Shown here one piece after another: positions 61,546-64,000 of a stretch of DNA of 64,000 bases. The DNA lies in contig OZ210884.1 in assembly GCA_964658305.1 (NCBI GenBank), positions 5,022,001 to 5,086,000 of the forward strand. The letters run 5' to 3'. Origin of the DNA: Leptogorgia sarmentosa. Taxonomy: Eukaryota. The position numbers were made by a program, and so were the translations under genes. A model generated the notes under the pieces. It saw only the letters and a list, made by a program, of their open reading frames with translations, was not told the origin of the DNA and ran no database searches. Positions within the stretch are counted from its first letter, which is position 1. The number at the start of each line of letters is the position of its first letter.

Positions 61546-61839
61546 GGTCGGCACTAGATCATGGTGACCTTACGCACATATCTGCGTCTACTGTACATTC
61601 ACGTCAACCGTCAACGGTGATAGAAATTTCTTTTGGCGTATTCACAAAATAAACCAGTCCCAAACCATAAATCTGACCCTAACCTTTGGTTATGGTTTGG
61701 GACTGGTGGTTAGGGTCAGATTTATGGTTTGGGACTGGTTTATTTTGTGAATACGCCAATAGAAATTTCTATCACCGCTGACGTGAATGTACAGCAGTCG
61801 CGGATATGTGCGTAACGTCACCATGATCTAGTGCCGACC
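61546..61839. mobile_element. Mutator-like foldback MITE, almost entirely palindromic
   Basis: Arms of about 130-140 bp (GGTCGGCACTAGATCATGGTGAC... / ...GTCACCATGATCTAGTGCCGACC) and a 9-bp TSD CTTTCCACT/CTCTCCACT. Confidence 0.88.
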
Positions 61840-62605
61840 CTCTCCACTGACACCCGCCATATTTGTTTTGCTAAGACGCAAATCATCAGTTTGGCGGAAT
61901 TTCATGTGACGCAGTCAGATTCTTTGTTACATAGTTTTGTCTTGGGACGTAAATAATATGTCGGACGGCCTGGCATTTTAACTTTTCGAACACATTATAA
62001 AAAATATGAAATTTTAAAAAATTGGCCGCTGGAATTTGTGTTTCGTCCCTTATTTATAAAAAAATGCGCATTCAAAAAATATTGTACGCAAATGCATTCG
62101 GGAAACCGCCCAAAAAATAAACTACAGCAAGTTTACAGCCAAAAAATCCGAGTCAGTTATGTTACGAGTCAGTTACCCGATATGCAATAAATTTACAAAT
62201 TCAAATAAAAACATATATAAACTGCTCAAAACATGTTTCCGTACACGTTTCCAGCACTAAAACTGTTCTTTAAAGAACTACAAATGTCAAAGTATTCAAG
62301 AACTTGCAATAATCGCTACTTTCACGAAATGTAGGGTTGTGTTGAGAGATTATTAACGACCCTAGCTGTCGCATTGAAATACGTGGCCAAACCGGAAGTA
62401 GTAAACAAATGCGCTGAGGTGGCTTTCAACTCAACAAAACTGCTAACAGTATTCTCAGCAGAAACTTTGATCTCAGAGTTACTGCTGAAGGAGTTAATCA
62501 GAATGCTTCTTTAAAGGCCAATTTACCAGTTATTTAATTTTATATAATTATAACACTGATTTATATAATTACCAGTCAGTCGTCATGCAATAAAATGTAC
62601 AATAC

Positions 62606-63125
62606 CTAAAGTTTATTGTCAGAACTGTTAATTTCAGTCTCCGTATCTAAATATATTATATTATAATCATCAGATTTAATCTCGTCTTTCGAACATTTCC
62701 AAAGATACATTGGATGAGCCAAAACCAGAATTTGCATAACCAGAAGACCAACATTTACCTGTTTATACAAACAAGAAAAAGAATGTTAACACTATAGTTC
62801 TGTTGAAGATTGAAATACATATATTTTCTCGATCATTACGGAAAAAATGAGTTGGGTTAATTGTCGTAGTGATTCATCAGCTAGAAATGGATTTGATTGT
62901 ATATTTAAACTTCCCTTGAGTATTTTGTAGGCGGATATCATAGGAAAATGTCCGGGCACCCCGGGACAAAAATTATATACCGGTGTTAAAAAATTTCATA
63001 CCCAAGATGGATCGCCATTATAAGGTCCTTCCATTAGAGCAAACATTGGTATTTGAAAGAGTGAAACAACAGCAGAGATTAAAAGACACAATCCAAATAA
63101 CGCACCAGCATGATAAAAAGGATAC
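62606..63125 (-). CDS. SLC43-family (LAT3/LAT4/SLC43A3-like) MFS transporter, last two exons; the rest lies to the right
   Basis: Exon 63125-63002 YPFYHAGALFGLCLLISAVVSLFQIPMFALMEGPYNGDPSW joins in phase to exon 62758-62606 VNVGLLVMQILVLAHPMYLW...NKL*. This matches the SLC43 C-terminal pattern (GPxxGxPxWVNxGLL). It is absent from the ORF track. Confidence 0.8.
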
Positions 63126-63327
63126 CTGAGCGGAAAAAATATTGTTTCATCCTACAGTAGGAGTTAGTATCCTGTGCGGACGGGGCTCGGGATGACCAGT
63201 AAAGATTTAAATCTTTTATTACGTACAAACATATTTAACAACGTTTTCCGAAGAAGGGATGAATATGCGTCAAAAGTATCGAAACAATTATAATTTTAGA
63301 ATTAAGAACACATCCAACACCATTTCT

Positions 63328-63715
63328 AATAAAGGGTTATTGACCGAGCCTGAGGTCTGTACTGTGAAATATCGGACCGAGGTTATTTTAGTTTATTATA
63401 TGGCTGGATTGAGTATTTGAGCATATGCTTTTCGCGCGAATTAAATCGGCTATCATCAGTTTCACTGGGCAACAGTATACGGCAGACATACATGCTCAAT
63501 TTAAAACAATTTGGTTGTTTGAAATTTTTATCTTAAATTGGAAAATTAAAAAGCAAAAATCTTTTCTGTTTGCGAAGCGAAATTTCCCGCCAGATAAACG
63601 ACATCTGGGACACCGGTCCAGATACGGAAAACACGGACCACGTTCCGGATACGGGCTTTTACGGACCGCTTGTCAACCAATCAGAATAGAGAATTTTGAA
63701 AAGCCATATAATAAA
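63328..63715. mobile_element. Interspersed non-autonomous repeat
   Basis: Inverted TTTATTATATGGCT (about 63392) / AGCCATATAATAAA (about 63702), repeated CGGACC motifs and CCAATCAG. The family is not identified. Confidence 0.45.
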
Positions 63716-64000
63716 TACGTTTATATTTAAAAACGGGGGATCTGCTCCTTTCTCTTGCATGTACACCAAAATAAAGTGCTTTTCCGTACCATGATGATAA
63801 TCGAAATTATAGACTGACAAACTAGTGACAACCATTTTCAATAATCACTACAAAGAAAGCTATACCAACTCGAACGTGTCTTTAAAATCGGGGATTTTAA
63901 CTAAACCGAAATTAATATTTTTTCGTTTCAAGTAATTTTCATTTTAATAAATCATGTATTTGGCTTAAAATCTTTAGATTTTATCATAAACCATAACCAT

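Overview
This is AT-rich, intron-rich eukaryotic DNA. The gene families and repeat types suggest a marine invertebrate, probably a cnidarian, but that is inference. No prokaryotic features (CRISPR, operons, rRNA) are supported. Gene models were assembled by hand from GT-AG boundaries and reading-frame phase. In order they are: a kinesin-14 gene (KIFC1/Ncd-like, minus strand, truncated at the left edge); an unusual gene fusing a death effector domain (DED) and a 14-aa repeat to a Pirh2/RCHY1-type CHY-CTCHY-RING-H2 module (minus); a large multi-pass membrane protein with a beta-rich/Cys-rich ectodomain in one long ORF (plus); a Werner-like RecQ helicase with no exonuclease domain (minus, about 30 exons); glycogen synthase (minus, about 20 exons including a 15-nt microexon); a tentative small Cys-rich gene (plus); a PAN/Apple plus fibrinogen-N-like secreted protein (plus); and the last two exons of an SLC43-family transporter (minus). 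Introns and intergenic DNA hold many non-autonomous TIR elements with readable target-site duplications (hAT-, P-, Mutator-, Harbinger- and Kolobok-like). There is also a 17-bp minisatellite, a foldback-like pair of inverted 18-bp satellite arms inside a WRN intron, and decayed hammerhead-like motifs. The most unusual observations are the DED-CHY-RING fusion and the inverted satellite.
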